From: Elusimicrobiota bacterium
Lineage (GTDB): Bacteria; Elusimicrobiota; Elusimicrobia; UBA1565
Direction of reading: 5' to 3'
DNA: 64,000 nucleotides
NCBI GenBank assembly: GCA_043827405.1
Contig: JBDRPD010000034.1
Span: forward strand, 40,175 to 104,174
The notes below the pieces were generated by a model. The model saw only the letters and a program-made list of their open reading frames with translations, was not told the origin of the DNA and ran no database searches. Both the position numbers and the translations under genes were made by a program. This document shows, piece after piece, positions 63,473 to 64,000 of the stretch. Positions within the stretch are counted from its first letter, which is position 1. Every line of letters begins with the position of its first letter.

Positions 63473-63481
63473 AGGATACCA
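63473..63481 (-). promoter_or_regulatory. Extended -10 (TGgTATCCT) 6 nt upstream of GATase ATG
   Basis: Minus strand reads TGGTATCCTcgcgccATG. Confidence 0.45.
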
Positions 63482-63497
63482 TTTTCCGGGCCGCCGG

Positions 63498-63794
63498 CTA
63501 CTCGAGGATGATCTTGAAGCGGATCTCGAATCCGCCGATGCGGGCGACCGGCACGTCGTCGATGAAGAATTGGGCCAAGGTCACCATCGGGCTGCTCTCG
63601 AAAGCGGTTCGCGGCTGCGGCGCGGTGAGAAACTCGCGATTTACCGCGGTGCGACGGTACCAGGGCAGAGCGCGGGAGAGCTCCAGGCGCGAGCTCGAAA
63701 ACAGCAGGGACGGGCGCCGGGCGGCTTGTGCGGAAGGGACCGCCGCCATGCAGGTCGCGGCGAACAAGAAGGCGCAGGCGGTAAGGAATCTCAT
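63498..63794 (-). CDS. Small exported hypothetical protein
   Basis: Signal-peptide-like N-terminus; GGAG upstream. Confidence 0.45.
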   Translation of the reverse strand: MRFLTACAFLFAATCMAAVPSAQAARRPSLLFSSSRLELSRALPWYRRTAVNREFLTAPQPRTAFESSPMVTLAQFFIDDVPVARIGGFEIRFKIILE

Positions 63795-63873
63795 AATATG
63801 GGGACTCCATTAAAGGATGGCTGCCTGATGTTTCGCCAACATTGCATAATATTGTTGGATCACTTCTGTCCGG

Positions 63874-64000
63874 TTAAATTTGGAGGCATAGTTGGGGGTC
63901 TTGACGCCTGAGGCGTTCAAGCCTTGACGGATTGAGGTTGAGCAGGTCGATCAGCGAGACGCGCTCCATGAGCATTTCTTTGACGACGCGATGCAGATAG
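63874..64000 (-). CDS. 3' end of a CDS entering from the right (possibly Rrf2-like regulator C-terminus)
   Basis: Open frame YLHRVVKEMLMERVSLIDLL...CLQI*; family guess rests only on the 'VSL.DLL' ending. Confidence 0.35.
   Translation of the reverse strand, partial: YLHRVVKEMLMERVSLIDLLNLNPSRLERLRRQDPQLCLQI

Overview
GC-rich, gene-dense bacterial chromosomal window. I saw no rRNA, tRNA, CRISPR array, transposase or integrase. The gene content suggests a diderm (TolC, beta-barrel-like proteins, lipoproteins); Elusimicrobiota is a tentative guess only. About 1-38 kb is a large cell-surface glycosylation region: two YfhO-like and five PMT/ArnT-like GT-C membrane glycosyltransferases interleaved with five polyprenyl-phosphate-sugar-synthase-like GT2 enzymes, plus a flippase-like protein, GT4, AsnB-type amidotransferase, two methyltransferases, an epimerase, a GDP-heptose pathway (hddC-gmhB-hddA-gmhA-like), WecA/MraY and a pyranose-mutase-like flavoprotein. 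Embedded in it are a DUF4956 + VTC-type polyphosphate polymerase + CotH-kinase/beta-helix module, a pilin + membrane protein + GT2 unit, and glgM(glgA)-glgE. About 38-50 kb is a minus-strand run from dnaE through envelope genes to dapF-dapA. About 50-64 kb holds a NUDIX hydrolase, a cNMP/ParA-like/patatin fusion, a GAF-PAS histidine kinase, a second single-domain response regulator, cvpA, tandem secreted metalloproteases with a palindromic operator, an LHPP-like HAD phosphatase, a HemN-like protein lacking the radical SAM cysteines, and a GATase. Best candidates for an undescribed system: the VTC/DUF4956/CotH module (possible exported-polyphosphate-driven extracytoplasmic phosphorylation) and the multi-GT-C, possibly heptose-using, lipid-carrier glycosylation system. 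All calls come from reading motifs by eye; no database searches were run, and several start codons were adjusted from the ORF track.
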